Source: Azolla caroliniana
Lineage: Eukaryota > Plantae > Polypodiophyta
Assembly (NCBI GenBank): GCA_043228905.1
Contig: JBHGNT010000006.1
Location: 3,100,001 to 3,164,000, forward strand
Direction of reading: 5' to 3'
Length of the DNA stretch: 64,000 bases
The stretch's first letter is position 1. Every line of letters starts with the position of its first letter. Made by a program: the position numbers and the translations under genes. Shown piece by piece: positions 19,695 to 34,300 of this stretch. The notes beneath the pieces were generated by a model, which did no database searches, was not told the DNA's origin, and saw only the letters and a list, made by a program, of their open reading frames with translations.

Positions 19695-22370
19695 TTATTG
19701 GGACCTCGGGTGATGAAGAGATTCGACCTTGTGACCACCCAATTGTTTAGAAACATAGTGTGCATCCAAGAACCTAGATGCAAATACCCACAATTTGTAT
19801 ACATCCTCAAATGTGGATAAGAAGCTCAATGCAGCAGTCACCACCTCAACCCTTGCTTGCACTTTCTCTATTTCCAATCCTTTTAGCACTTTCTTCTCAT
19901 CTACAGAAGCCTTAAGCATCATTTCCTTATCGGGCAATTGTATGTTCCTAAGAAAACCAATGCTGAGGGATATGTTGTTCTTATCCGCTAACATTTGCAC
20001 GAGTTCAGGATGCACCAATCTACCTTGTGAATCATATATATTGAAAGCAACTGAAGCTCCTCGATTATACTTGACACGAGGGCCATATATGTGGATGAGT
20101 GATTGCGACTTCTCCGATGAGTGTGAGCGAGCATGCCGAAGTTGAAGTAGAGAGTCGATCAACCAGTTGATAAGACACCTAAGCCTCAATGTAGCTTTGT
20201 TTAAACCTAGCATATCAGCATGATCAAGACTTTTGCATACCACTTTGTGATGTTCCCATTCATATGTCTCATCGTCGTCATCGTCATTGTCATCGTCATC
20301 ATCGTCATCATCCTCCTCTATTCTTGTTGCTTCATACTCATCCCCACTTTGTGAATCAAGATGCAATTGGCCCATATGTTGGGCCGCATCAAAATGTCTT
20401 GTTTTCTTGGGATTCTCTCGGAATGGTGAGAGACTTCTCCCTACGCGCCGATCATTCTCTTCAATCTCATTGCATATATCACTCTGGCTTTTCAAAAAGA
20501 AATCTATTTCTTCAGTTTTCTGAATTTCCTCAAGTAGCTTTTGACTGTTTTCATTAATCTTATGTTCAGAACTGAGGACTTCCAATTCAGTATCAGCTCT
20601 TTCCTTCTCGTTACATGTCCTTATCGTGTCCAAATCTTGTTCATGCATATTGCTCAAGAACCGACCCTTTTCTTGAATGTTATTATTCACTTTGAAAGAC
20701 TCATCGTCTGGATTCTTCATTAGCATCTCCGACGATGATTCGGAAGAGAAATGAATTGTACCTGATGTTGCATTGGCACTATCAACATCATTCAAAGCTT
20801 CTCTTTGTGTAGATTCTTGCTTCATTGTTTCATTTTCAAGGCAGTTATCTTCAAAGAGAGGATTCCTTAGGGCACCTGACTCGGGTAGATTCATTTGTCC
20901 AAGAATAGGTACACACAAAGGCTCACTTTTAAAAGGACTACTAAATTGATCACAAGAAGACATCAATGTGTGGCAAGCATACTCCATAGGACTTGAACTG
21001 ATGTTGTCCACACGCAAGTTTTCTGCCCCTTCCTCACTAAAGACAGGGCTTTGTACTACTTCTCCATTCGAATCACAAGCAAAACTATCATCATCATCAT
21101 ATCCTTCTCCATCATCATCACCTTGTTGTTTTCCTTCTTTCTTCTCTTGAGTTTGAACTGATTTGTTTTCAAATGAACAAAGGTGATCAAACCCAAGCAC
21201 TGGACCAGAAAATGAAGCCACCATAGGTGCAAGATTAGGGTTCTTTGGAAACTCAAAGTCTATGCTTGCATTTCTACTGTCTTCTTCATCCACCGACCCA
21301 TCACCATCACCTATGGTATCATTATCCCTATAAGAGCTTCCGCTTGAGGAAACGTCAAAAGGAGGAGGGATAATTTTAACAATGCCCGGAGCAACATGTC
21401 CCAATTGACCTCGAATACTTGATATCGCAGTGTTTTTAACAAAAAAACATCCAAATCCAGATGGGTCAGCCCCAAAAACCTTATAAAACGATGCAATTAT
21501 GAAATCTGGCTTAAAGAGTGACAAACCCAAAGAATCCATATCCTTTGGTCCTAAAGCAGAAGCATCCAAAAGCACATGCCATTTATTCTGCTGAGCTAGA
21601 GACATCCATTGATACGAGAATTTGGATCCAGACACTCTGGATTGGACTGGAAACACAAAGAGGCCATTCATAGACCCTTTCCTCCGCCTTTTTCTCTTCG
21701 CAATCAAAAGCTTTCTAAGTTGTGTTGATGCAACCCTAAGAGATGGCCATTTGAAAGAGAGATCATATACCTTTGCACCTTTCTCCTTTGCACGTTGCAC
21801 AAGCCATCCTACCGATTCACTTTCATAATCATACATTGTGATAAGCCTCTGATAACTTGCAAACGGATATGCATCAGCCAGAAGCCCGAACGATGCCCCT
21901 CTACTCGCCGTAAACACCATGTTGTACTCAGTTTCTTCAATGTTAAGATATTTCATTATGCGGCTTCGAACACTATACTCAAGAGTTCCGTCCTTTGGAG
22001 CTCCGAGTAGCATTTGTGAGTAGAGGTTTACTTGCATTGTGGCAAGGCTAAATGAGGAAGCTTCCCATTCTTCCATTTGTTGACGATATGTGAAGAGTCC
22101 GAATCCACAATAATCAAAGCAAACTCGGCCACTTTCAAGAAGATGAGAATATTCCCGAGATCTTAATGATTCCATTGACAATGTCTGGGAAGTGTATTGA
22201 GGGTACATTTTTTCGAATTGAGAGAAAGCTGTTTCTAGATTCGGGAGACTTTGATGAGTTGTGTAGTACATCTGTCCCCGATGCATCTTTCTTGTAACTT
22301 CAATCAGCTCTTGACGCGTTTCTTCTCTAGTGGGAAATGGTATGGATCCGTGCTCATTGTTTTCTTCCAT
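19695..22370 (-). CDS. PLP-dependent transferase superfamily protein, molybdenum cofactor sulfurase-like (891 aa, intronless CDS)
   Basis: Motifs VCFDYCGFGLF, VFTASRG, LFVFPVQSRVSG, WHVLLDASALGPKDMDSLGLSLFKPDFIIASFYKVFGADPSGFGC (PLP Lys). C-terminal LDHADMLGL...YGPRVKYNRGASVAFN...LSFLSTFEDVYKLWVF. Long acidic insert; no MOSC domain. Confidence 0.9.
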   Translation of the reverse strand: MEENNEHGSIPFPTREETRQELIEVTRKMHRGQMYYTTHQSLPNLETAFSQFEKMYPQYTSQTLSMESLRSREYSHLLESGRVCFDYCGFGLFTYRQQMEEWEASSFSLATMQVNLYSQMLLGAPKDGTLEYSVRSRIMKYLNIEETEYNMVFTASRGASFGLLADAYPFASYQRLITMYDYESESVGWLVQRAKEKGAKVYDLSFKWPSLRVASTQLRKLLIAKRKRRRKGSMNGLFVFPVQSRVSGSKFSYQWMSLAQQNKWHVLLDASALGPKDMDSLGLSLFKPDFIIASFYKVFGADPSGFGCFFVKNTAISSIRGQLGHVAPGIVKIIPPPFDVSSSGSSYRDNDTIGDGDGSVDEEDSRNASIDFEFPKNPNLAPMVASFSGPVLGFDHLCSFENKSVQTQEKKEGKQQGDDDGEGYDDDDSFACDSNGEVVQSPVFSEEGAENLRVDNISSSPMEYACHTLMSSCDQFSSPFKSEPLCVPILGQMNLPESGALRNPLFEDNCLENETMKQESTQREALNDVDSANATSGTIHFSSESSSEMLMKNPDDESFKVNNNIQEKGRFLSNMHEQDLDTIRTCNEKERADTELEVLSSEHKINENSQKLLEEIQKTEEIDFFLKSQSDICNEIEENDRRVGRSLSPFRENPKKTRHFDAAQHMGQLHLDSQSGDEYEATRIEEDDDDDDDDNDDDDDETYEWEHHKVVCKSLDHADMLGLNKATLRLRCLINWLIDSLLQLRHARSHSSEKSQSLIHIYGPRVKYNRGASVAFNIYDSQGRLVHPELVQMLADKNNISLSIGFLRNIQLPDKEMMLKASVDEKKVLKGLEIEKVQARVEVVTAALSFLSTFEDVYKLWVFASRFLDAHYVSKQLGGHKVESLHHPRSQ

Positions 22371-23643
22371 GGTCTAATAAGATTGTATCCTCTTCTCAAG
22401 AAATGGTTAAGGGCATTATGTCTGCTTTGCATTCATACACTAAATGGTCTTCTTACACCCCCACAATATACCCTGCTAAGAGGTATATTCTTCTTATACT
22501 ACACAGCCACAGCCACTGCCACAACTAGATGGAAATTTGGGGATAGAAACATAGATGAGCTTTTTGAGACATCCATAGTACACCAGATAAGTGATAATCC
22601 GCTTCTTATGATGAAAAATGGTTACTTCATCACACACACAGACATGGTCATAACCATATCTATAATCCAGATAGATATATCAATTTGTATACAATTTATC
22701 TTCTTATAGTCATACTATGCTTGATGTATCTTCTTTACGGATCCACAATTCACAAGATAATGATACATTCATTTTTTGTTGAAAATTGGTTAGTTTGAAA
22801 TAGATATGGGCATATTCCATGGCCATAACCAAATGCAATAATTGGATAGAAAAATAGATTATATTTGCAAAGAATATATATCCATAAATCAAAATCAAAG
22901 TGGGTAATTCTTTCTCAACTGAAAGAGGGTAATTCTCAGCAAACATGGCGCATCATAGCCATAGCCATATCTAGATGGAAGTTTTCATAGCAAAAACAGA
23001 TGATATCTACCAAAGCAACAAATCAGTGCTTATACATATAAACTGTACCTATCTATATATGGGGGGTTTGGATGAAGGATATGGGTTTCACAGAGGAATC
23101 TAAATACCCACTATTCCAAATTATGAAGAACAAAACTTACAGAAGAGAAGCAAATGAAGTTTACTGCATTTTACCGTGCATACACAACGAGAAGCAAACG
23201 AGGGAGCTGCAGCATTGATTGCATTTCCCCACCAAAACCCCCAAAAAAGTGTGGAGTAAAACAAAGAAAGAAAGGGTGGTGATGTGCAGAGATGAAGTAT
23301 AGGATATGGCCAGATAAATTAGTTTGGTAAATCTAATATGGATAGATAGATAGATAGATAGATGGGTGGGGAACCATAAACTATCAAATTTGGTTACTTA
23401 CATCTTCTCACATTCAATGTCTTTGATGAACAATCCCATGTCCCTCTCTGCCTTTTTCAAAGTGCTCTGTCTCTTTCTCTCCCCCTCCCCTGGCCTAGTG
23501 GGACCATAGCTAACTTTAGAAGATGATAATATGATGTACATATAATATATGTATCTATTTGAAGATCATAGCTAACCTTCTAGGATGGTTATAAACTATA
23601 TCTATCGACCCGACCCATCTATGTATTTGTTTGTCTAGCTTTG

Positions 23644-23688
<45 letters not shown>

Positions 23689-24769
23689 TCTATCGACCTG
23701 TGTAGGGCTCTCCATCGGTCTCCCTTTTTCACTAGGACTCCGTAAATCTATAGTTGCCAAGTCGATCCAAAAGTGATTCGTATGAATAACATATTCTAAA
23801 CTCTAAACCCACTAGCACTACCCAAATTTTGGCTCATTTGTGGATGCAATGAAACCTGGAACCCCCAAATTGTACATTGTACGCTTCACCCAAACGGGAC
23901 ACACCCACTAGCACCAAAAGTTTGGTCCATTAAAGGATGCACTAGAACTTGGAACCCCAATTTGGACATTGTAAGCTTGATCCATACAGGATGCATAAAA
24001 ATGATGTAAAGTGAATTCCAAACGTATTCCACCTCAAATCTATTTGTGTGCCATGTGTCTGTGTATGCATGCATTCAATGTAGTTATTGTAACCTTTTCG
24101 AGTGATCAATGAATTGATCCTCTGTACATCTTTTGCAAGTGCAAACCTCGTGTATGCATATGTAAATGGCTCATGCATTGCAACCGTCCCCACTTTATCC
24201 ATTACCTATTCATATGGCTAGCCCACACTTGAACATACTTTCACATGGTTCTATATATATAACGTGCCATTCATGTGGTTCTATATTTATAACTACTTCA
24301 TCAGTGTGAGATGAATTTGAAGGCTTTTCGCGCAACACAACTATGTCACAAACACATTTTAAAGATCTTAATCACAACATTATTAGTAAAAAAACAATAG
24401 GTCGTAATCTTCCCATAAACAGACTCATCATAGAGAGTCTCATTCAAAAATACTTGAAACCATCTCTATGCATGCGTACATCTTTGGCCGAGGCCCGTTG
24501 TAGCTTCCAACTCGAGGAAAAACATATTTTAGATGATTTTTGCAATAATTGAAGGATTTTGTGTAATCTACACCTTGAAGTTCTACGCTTATCCTAATAA
24601 TATTTATTGGGATTGATGTTTTTATTCACATGGAAACACAACAAATACACATGTGGTCACACTTCTCCTTTTTTGGGTGCATAAGTCTTGTAAATGTTCT
24701 TTCATGAAAATGTGTGTTCTTGCCCATGACTCCCATACAATTTTTCTTGAAATAAGATTCTAGTTGGAG

Positions 24770-24771
<2 letters not shown>

Positions 24772-24829
<58 letters not shown>
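24772..24829. repeat. (CT)n microsatellite
   Basis: Near-perfect CT dinucleotide run of ~55 bp. Similar (GA)n runs at ~17297, ~45125, ~45215 and ~48200. Confidence 0.9.
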
Positions 24830-24831
<2 letters not shown>

Positions 24832-25300
24832 TATCTATCTATTTCTTAAAAGAAACAACAAACAACTATGATGATCATTACATTCACTTCTACCTTGTTC
24901 CCTCACCTCAATATTTATCTCTACCGGATTCAAAATTCTCTCCTATGAAAAAAGTGTATAAACGGTTTTCATTCTTTGGTGATACACAAAAATCTAGTTA
25001 AGATGACTTGCAACATTCTTAAAAGTTTTGAAAATTAATGGATTCCTTTTTGAGTAGTCAAGTATATTGTTAGCAGGAAATTCTTTTGAGTGAAAACAAC
25101 CATCTTCAAGTGTATACTAACAATATGGATGGGTGACCCACGGATTTCTACAACATATCATAGAACTCTTGAACACAAATATATCTTTAAATTGGTACAT
25201 ATCACTAAATGGTGGTTAGTGTTGTATCAATTGCTCGTGAAAGTCATTAGAACTTAAGCATGGATTTTGGATGTCTATCAAGTAAAAGTCTTCTTCAAAT

Positions 25301-25335
<35 letters not shown>

Positions 25336-28308
25336 CAATTTTTTCCCATTGTGCAACAAGGTAATCTCTTCAACATGATATGTACCTTCCCTATTGTGAT
25401 GCAAATAAAAGTTTATTGCACTAATGTTTGTAAAGGTACATCTTAAACAGAGTTCTATTTTTTGCATTTGGCATAATATTTTTATCTAGGTTAAAACGGA
25501 ACATTTTGCTAGAAGTCTATTAATTCATTTATAGCTTCTAAGCATAAAGAAAGTAGCATACATTAAAAACGTGATCCATTAATCAATGGCCGCAATAAAA
25601 ACATGATCCATTAATTGACCAACTTGTAGAATCAATTAAAAGAAACTATCTTATTACAGAATTTGCAATTTAAAAGACTAGATTGTGTCTTCACAAAAGC
25701 TTGTTCCTTTTCAATACAAATATGAATTCCATGCTTTTAAATTAAAGAATATTAATGTGCAATGTTCAAGAATACAACGTCATGTTTTATGAGTACTTTT
25801 TTATTACAGTCCACACAAATGTTGATTATTATACATGAAAGTGTAAAGGATTGACAACATATTGGTTAAAAAAATCCTCTATATTGTGAAATGCTCTCAT
25901 ATAATAATTGATAAGACTATTCATGTATAACAAATGTCACGAGGAATATCAATGTCAAAGCTTCGCAAAGTTTATTTATGTTAATACAAATGAATCCGAA
26001 AGGGTTTATTATTTTGCTATACTATTTTTTCCAACATTATTTTCTAGAGCTACAATGTGAAACCATGTGATTTGTTCTATTAAGGAATATCAATACATGT
26101 TATACTCATGATTGTAGGGATTCATGTGCAACACATTATGTTGCAAAACGACTTGATTGGCCATTGTGTATTGCATTATTTTATCTTATTAATGGAATAT
26201 GGATAAATGTTCGAATCCTTGTTGAAAGAAGTTATGGATTGCAAATTATAACACACGACAATTATAACACAAATTATAACTTACTAGTGATTACAAAGCA
26301 ACAATGTCAAGAAATATGGTTAGACGTTCTAATCGCTATAGGTGTTTGTGAAAGAATTAATGTACACATGTCTACTTTTCTTCCTCGCCCAAAAAGTTAA
26401 ATGGTTAATTATATCTTAATATTGTTTTTATGTATGCAAGGTAAATGTCATTGAAAATTGGCTGCATCCTCTCTCTGAGTAGTTGGAACTTCACCCTAAT
26501 TCTTTTACCGTGTCAATATTTTTCATTACAAGCTCATAGTTATTAATGACAAGCTCTTGAAAATCATGCATGTTAAGAATACTAAGTCTTGTCCTAGATT
26601 CTCAAAAGTCTAGAAATCTAGGAACTCTCTTGGTATTAATAAAGTTGTGACAATATTATATTCTCATAATTTATTGTATTGATTGCACTTTTTCAATGGA
26701 AATCACCGAGACCAAATAATGGATCTATGGTAAACACATTATTAAGAGAAATTCAAATGAGAAATATGAGTTAAACAATATCAATGTGTCCATCATTCCT
26801 GTTATATTTTTGCAATTCACACAATCAAAAGTACACTGGTAGAAATATACAAAATGAAATTCGTATAACCATTTTTTATTCTCCTTTAGTTCAATGTAAG
26901 CTTTAGTTTTGAAAGACTAATAAACTGTTTGTATTCAGTGAGCTTACAATCTAGTTCTAATTTGGAATTTTTTTGCAATACCCAGTGCCTAAGCAGGCAT
27001 GTTGGGCACCTTGATACCGCACCTCATAATGTATCTTATATCTCAATTTCAGTCTTTAAAATATCAAAATAATACACTTCTACCTGAAAGTCCTTCCACA
27101 ACATCACATAACCTTCTCAAGTTCTAGTTGTAATGTATTGTACTTTTAATATATAGAAAGAGAGGGAATCTTATCAATATGCTTTCTGGGGAACAAGTGA
27201 TCACAATTGCAGCAATCTCCAAGCAGGATGTACACGCATCTACTATTGAAGACAACAGAAGTTTATGAGCTTTGATTAATTTGCAAGACATGCTCTACCC
27301 TATGAGAGAATTTGGTAGTAATTACAAAAAGGAACGCTTCAGAGTGTAATTTTGACCAAAGAAAAAACGATAACTCTACTTTGAAGCACTTCAGAGTCTA
27401 GTACACCTGCAGGTAACTACAATGAATGGCAGTACACATGGCAAGGTATGTGTTTCTTTGTATAATACAACAATGCATCACTTCTGTAAACAGTTGGACA
27501 TTTCTTCGGTATTGCTCAAAAAACATTTCAATGTTTGCTTCAGTAAACAATTTGTAGATCATCAAAAATATGTACTTCCAGAGTCCTACAAAGACCACCA
27601 AACAACAAACATGTGAATCAATAACCAAAAAATCCACCTTTCAGGTAGTGCTTACATTTATATAGTTTACTGAATGAATTTTCCTTACTATTAAGCTATA
27701 GATACATATCAAGTTACGTAAACCCAATAGCTCATTTGAAACCACAGATTTCGCGTATAATACTCTCCCACCTCAGTGCACACATTGTCCAATTTTAGAG
27801 CTGTTACAGATAACCCACTTCTGCCCTCGAGAACACTGAGAAACAACTAATTCCACCAGTTCCAAAGATGAATTCACCAAAGCTGCAAGCTGCTTTGACC
27901 TAGAATTCAATTAAAACCATTGCCTCTTCTAACCCTTTCTCCCTTTTGTCCAGTTACTCATTTGTATTCTACATACTCATACTCGCATATAATCAATCAC
28001 TCATTTTTCTTTTTGAATATGTTTGATTTCTGAAGTGCACAGCTCAAACATAGTCACCACGAATAAACGGCCTACAGCTTTTAGGATTTTAAGAAGATAC
28101 ACTCAAGATTCCAGGCCTCATATTTTCATGTTCAAATATACAGTTTCTGAGCAGCTATATAGATTAAGATAACAGTAAAAACGTGAGCGTGGTACATAAA
28201 TTTATGAAATTGATTTGCTGCCAAAGAGAGGACTGACAATTAAAAGTTATTCATTACCTCTACTGATGTGCATATACTTTTCATATGCCCTCAACAGAAC
28301 AGGCACCT

Positions 28309-31300
28309 TCAAAGCACATGAAACTGGGAATATAAATTATCCCTCATCTTATAATAATCCTCACAAAGAGGACCTTCGAACACAATTTGCTGACTCTGCA
28401 GGAAAAGTGTATTCGTATAAATCTCAAGTTATTTACAGTAAACCTCAGCCTGTAGAGTTATTACCTTTTGCAGAGTGTCCCCTCCAACTTTTCTTACAGA
28501 GAAGTTTCCATCACACCTAAGTGCACCACCTGTGAATTCTGCCTGCAAGACAAGAAAAAATACTAATTACTTTTTGAGAGAGAGCTAAATAACCAAAGAA
28601 GCAAAATGGATTGCAAGAATGATTATGAAAACAAAAACTAGGAAATACGAGTTATTTTATTAAGCTTCATAGCTGATGATAGAAATCAGGAAGGTTAAAT
28701 TAACCTGGACTCCTTTTGAAGCTAAAAGTTGCTTAAAATCTGCAAGCTTAAGGTCCCCCACAAAGACTGCCTTGTGTGGAGGGGGAAGACCTGAATGAGG
28801 CAACAAAGGGAGAATGTCTTCTTCTTTGGACCCAACCTCTCCATCAACCCACGCAAGCTCATAATCACCCAGCTGTTTTCCAATAATTTAGAAATGAAAT
28901 ATTCAAGTTCAAAATGAAAAACGATTCACCAAATGCCAGATAATTGAACAGAAATTAAGCTTTCATACCTTTCTGAATAGAACATTGCTCATCAACCGTT
29001 CTGTTAACCTCACCTGATATACAAACAACCATTTAGAAGATACCACTGGAATCTATAAACCAAAACAACTTGAACGATGCACTGTCACCTTGTATGCAGA
29101 CAAATCAGATGTAACATCAACTGTTTCACCTAATTTTGGAGCAAATACATGGGAAACATGCTTCAAACTATGTTGTTTTAAATGGTCTGTTGCCTCTGCT
29201 GAACCATGAACTAAAACCTAAAATACACAGAAAACACCATGTTAATGTTCATGGCATAAATGATTTTGTAAATTTGAATGATAGCATTTATATGACCATC
29301 CCAAAAATATGACTGAATTGAACAATGGAAAACGCCAGATGTTGTAAATTTGAATGATGGAATTTATATGACCATCCCAAAAATATAACTGAATTGAACA
29401 ATGGAAAATGTCACAAGTTTTTGCAAGAAGGAATACATGCCACGCATGCACGTCAATTCCCACAATCCAATCTGTGATTGCCCCATTTTCTCTTGGGCAA
29501 TTGTTTAGTCACTGGTCTACTGTCAGTGGCCAATAGATGACCATGGAGTGTTGTTTGCCTTCTCTTCTACATCTAGAAGAATGCAAAAAATTGATTCAAA
29601 GCTTCAGATGAGAGGAACTCGTACCAGCCTTGGAAAACACAATATTTTCTCCGCATCTGAATCTTGGCATCTACTCTTGCTGTAACTTAGTATTATGGTC
29701 TCTAGACTCTGTCGAGAGGGTCTATGTCTCTCAAAAGTACTATAAAATTGGGTCCCTCAAGGAAAACGTATTGTATCTGGCCTCTCATACCTACTAGGCT
29801 GCCCATTAATAGATAATAGATAAATAGAGTCTATTGGAGTGTGCTCTCTAGACTAGGTACCTACAAATGTTAAATGATGGTCTCTATACAAGGCCAACTT
29901 TGTCACCAGCACATGTTGATCTGTAACCAGACCAGATTTTGCCTAAACACGGAAAAATTATAAGAAAACCCACAGCTAGACTCAAATTGAAAATAGTAAG
30001 GATTAATGACAACAGAGAGTTTTTTGCTTTTCAAAAAAAATCTCTCACTTGAAGCAAAGCTTCAAGCAGACTTACAAGTTTTAAAGGGACCACATGTGCC
30101 AATATTGTCTTCATAGAACGGCCATCAGACCGTCCTTCAAAATCCATGTACTGCAAAGAGCATCGGACTTGAACCTACATAAAATGACAGATGATCAACC
30201 AACATTAAGTATCGTTGGTTAATATGAGAATGATTAGAAAGAATTAATCGCTTACAAGAACATCATCAGTCAAGACTTTGGAAGGTTTATCATTTAACAG
30301 CATCTCTTCTGTTTCAGCCTCAGTTTTTATGTCCCCATCTTTGCTCCCTGAAATCTGTATGAAATGTATAAATCACTTACTACTTCAGAGACAACAATAT
30401 CACTTGTTATTATCACCAGTAATTCATTTATGGGCTTTTCAGAGTTTACACACATGTGCAAGGGAGATGTCCATGGAATCATCCTCTTGCATTATGAAGT
30501 CATCAGGATTGATAACCTCCCCATACTCATCCCAATCATGGGCGTTATCATGGAAAGGAAACATTGGTGCCACACTTGATGGAGAAGATTTAAACCCATC
30601 CATAAACACATGGCGATGGTGTGCAAGGCCAAGCTGTGCCGAAGACATAACTATGTTCAAAAACATTCACAACTGTCAGTTCTCCCTATCAGAAAACAAA
30701 ACCATGTATTTACAGAATGATGACACATGCAGACATAACTGCAAAAGAACACTACTGATAACCTACAAAAGGCTATATTTGGTTTACAATGGCTAGCACA
30801 AATGTAAAACAAAATGGATTTCTGATTTCCTGATGTTAGAAGTTACAATTGAGTGAAAAAATTAATTAGGCATTGATGCAACTGCAAGTGATATTATACA
30901 ACTAATATATAAGAAGGGCATATTTTTCCATTAAAAGTGAGTACTTATTACTCATCTGTCAAAGAAAATGTCCAGGAGAGATTTAGGGCGTATGCATGTG
31001 GAAGCCAGCATTACGTTGAAGATTCTTTGAACCTGAAACAGATGGATTTGTGCTTGCTTCAGACATATTTGTATCTGCTGAGGTTCCAGGGGGTCCAGAT
31101 GCCTTCATTTCCTCTTCTTGTGCCTTCAAAGCATTTTGAGCTGCTTCTTTGCTTAGGCGGATTTGTTCTTCATATGCCTTTAATTCATCACCCGTAAGAG
31201 CAACCTTTCTGCTCAGACTTACTTTTACAACTTTTGGAGCAGGTTCAGATTGAAGCAGGCGAGCTAATGTTCCAAACTATGATAAACAAAAAAATCCCAA

Positions 31301-34300
31301 AGGATTCCTTCAGTGTCAGCAAGCTAAAGGATATATTTCATAAACGGTATATCCACCCAAATAACAAAACATTACAATCAACGAAAATATCAAAGAATAT
31401 ATGTACACAAACCTTTACCCCAAAAAGAAGTCTACTTTTAACATATAATCATGTAGCCTTACTTTATATATCAATGTAATACAATAACCAGTAGAAAATG
31501 CACATTACATTCAACGTAATACAATATTCAGTAGAAAATGCACATTACATTCAGCCATACCTGTCCTCGTTCAGTGAACAGAACCAAATTTTTGGAATCC
31601 GTCGCCCACTCCACAAAAAGCTCCCTTGCGAAGCCGGATTCCAAGCTTGCCATGGATGCAAAAACCACCTAAGAATATTCAGAACAATCATAATCACACC
31701 CTCCCTTTCCACAAGAAAACTAGTATTGAAATAAAGTGCTTTAGTAAAACCTACACAATGATAGTTCCTTTGAAGATGCACAATCTAACATAACACACTA
31801 TCAAACTTTACCTTCGGACCAGGAGGCAGTGCTTCAAATTTTTTCTTAGTTGAGCACAACTGGAAACACCTATAAACCCGAAGTCAAACTAGATGTTAAA
31901 TTCAACAGCATTACACAAAGGTCTAGAAAGCACTTGCCCTCTTTTCGCAATAGAACTATAATGTGGAGGGTAAACAAGTAATGCTGAATGAAATCCCTAC
32001 TTCAACTGAAAAGCATTTTCCCGACTTTGTTCAAATGATTTTGCTATTGCGTCACTCATCCATTCCAACAGACTTTTTGCAAATTCTATAGTACTGACAG
32101 ATGTATATGTTAAGAACACGAGCGGATAGTCAAATCCTTGAGAGGTCCAGTACTGCATAAACATGAGCAGTAAAGAAAACTTACTTTCAGATAAGAATAT
32201 GAAATTAACAAAAATATATCAAACGAACTACACACCTGATCTAAATGCAATATTAGCTCAAGGGCACGTCCTGCAGTATCTATTGGAAGTAATACATTAC
32301 CACCTGCTCTGAGTATTTTCATTATCGCATCTAGAAACAAAACAAACAAAAGAAAAACATTTTCTCAGTTATGCAGCTTTTCCCTATTGAAAGTAAAAGA
32401 AAACAAAAAGCTTGAGTCATTTGAATATAAATTGCAAGTGAAACACCCGGAAATGAAAGAAATTTTCAGCTCAATAGTTGCAAGAAATTTTCTAAAATGA
32501 CAAAGACAAGAATTGAAGAAATGTGCACTATACTCAAATAACTCAAAGCAACATTAACTTGCATATGAATTCAAATATCATCAGGAAAATTTCTAGCTCA
32601 ACAGTTGCAAGATTGGCAATCTGATCATTCAATGATTGACCAAAAATATAATAACATCAAGCTGAGAGTTTATAGTGAAATGTTATACAATTTCCAGACA
32701 CCAAGGGAAATATAAATGGGCAAATCATTTTGAAAACCAAAACCACAAGGAAACGCTGAGATTTTTTTTTACCTGACCTCTACTACTCACACACCATAGC
32801 CTTGACAAAAGCTAGGTCATCCATCATCCCTTGTCAAAATCTATCAAATCCTACCTTGTCATCCTCACAATGAGTATCAAGAAGAGAAAGGTAACATCTT
32901 CAGCTTGGGTCATCCACTTGGATTACAATTAGCCTGTGGGAAAGGCAATGAAGATATCTAACCTTCTGGGATAGCAGACGATAGAATGGTTAGCACACAA
33001 CATTCACAACAGCATTAATCTTGAAAGCTAGGTGCTCTATTTATTTCCAACTACCCAGATGAAACTATGGTTATTTCATACACTGGTCAAGCTTCTATAC
33101 ATTTTGAATATACAACAAGGATCAAGCTTGATGATAGACTGCAGTATATAGCATAAAAGACTCAAAACATGGACAATGATGAAAATAAGCATGGAAGGCA
33201 AGGAGACCTACATACTACGGATGGCTGGCAACTCTGTGAGTGAACACTAATGACGGTGATATGGATTACTATTAACATAAATCACGATCCAAGATGAGCT
33301 GTAGCTCTATGATCAACAGTATTTGTGACTCAAATCTTGTTCAAATGTGTTCCTTTTCTCCATTGAAAGTCGTATGATCCATAAGATATGCAAGTTGTAA
33401 TAAAGACTCACTTTTCAGTTCTCATAGAAAATGGAAGCTTGTATGTTCATGGAACATAGTGCTCACAAACCAAATCATCCAATTTGTAATTCCTTCGTAT
33501 AGATTCACTACCATGTTTCTAATGCAACATAGAAGCTTCTTCTTACTCAATTGGCTGATGACATCAACCAATGAGCACATATATGAAAGAAGAGATGTGT
33601 GTGTCACCAGGGATGAAGATGCCTTTCAAGTGTTCATAGATAGCATTTTTCATATCAAAGAGAAATGGCTTCCTACTCTGATTACATAAAGCAGGCTACC
33701 ACTGGGATGCAGACACAAAGGTGCTTAATGATTACTCTGCAGCTAACCTTTCTTTCCTAAGCAAAAAGAACAAATAAGAAAATTACCCACAAATTCTTGA
33801 TCTCGTTGGCGCCTCACAGGTTGGTTATTCAGAGCATTATAAGCATCTGTTATGAGTACAGCTGGCCGTATAAATGACTCCAATACCGTTCCATTCAAAT
33901 GCCTGCAACATTTAAACCATTATAATGCTGTCAATTCTGAATTGCATGCCATGAATATTTACCTTTCTTTTCGATGGTTAAAATCAACTGCATAAATGAT
34001 ATCTTCAGTGTCCTTTGTAATTTTCCATATTGTACCCCCAAGCAGGTGCCCTGCTGCATATGGTGTAATGGTAATTCCCTCGCCTTTTCCTGATCATGTA
34101 ACCCAAGTTTAACATAAATTTCTATGATCGTGAGATTGTGAATAAATATTCTAATATATTCTTGAAACAATAACTCATGAAAAACTAGCAGAAATTTGGA
34201 GAATCAATCTACCAGTTCTAAACCACTTCAAGCATCAGTTTCACTTCTAAAACCATATGCATCTCTGGATTACAAAGAAAATGGCAAAATAAATGGGAAT

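Noticed and set aside
28444-28449. Possible 6-nt micro-exon (cag|GCTGAG|gt) in the last CPSF100 intron
   Set aside because: Would need a 15-nt upstream intron, too short to splice.
31326-31334. U12-type 5' splice motif ATATCCTTT (also ATATCCTT at ~4543)
   Set aside because: Both lie mid-intron; the gene models close in frame with U2-type sites.
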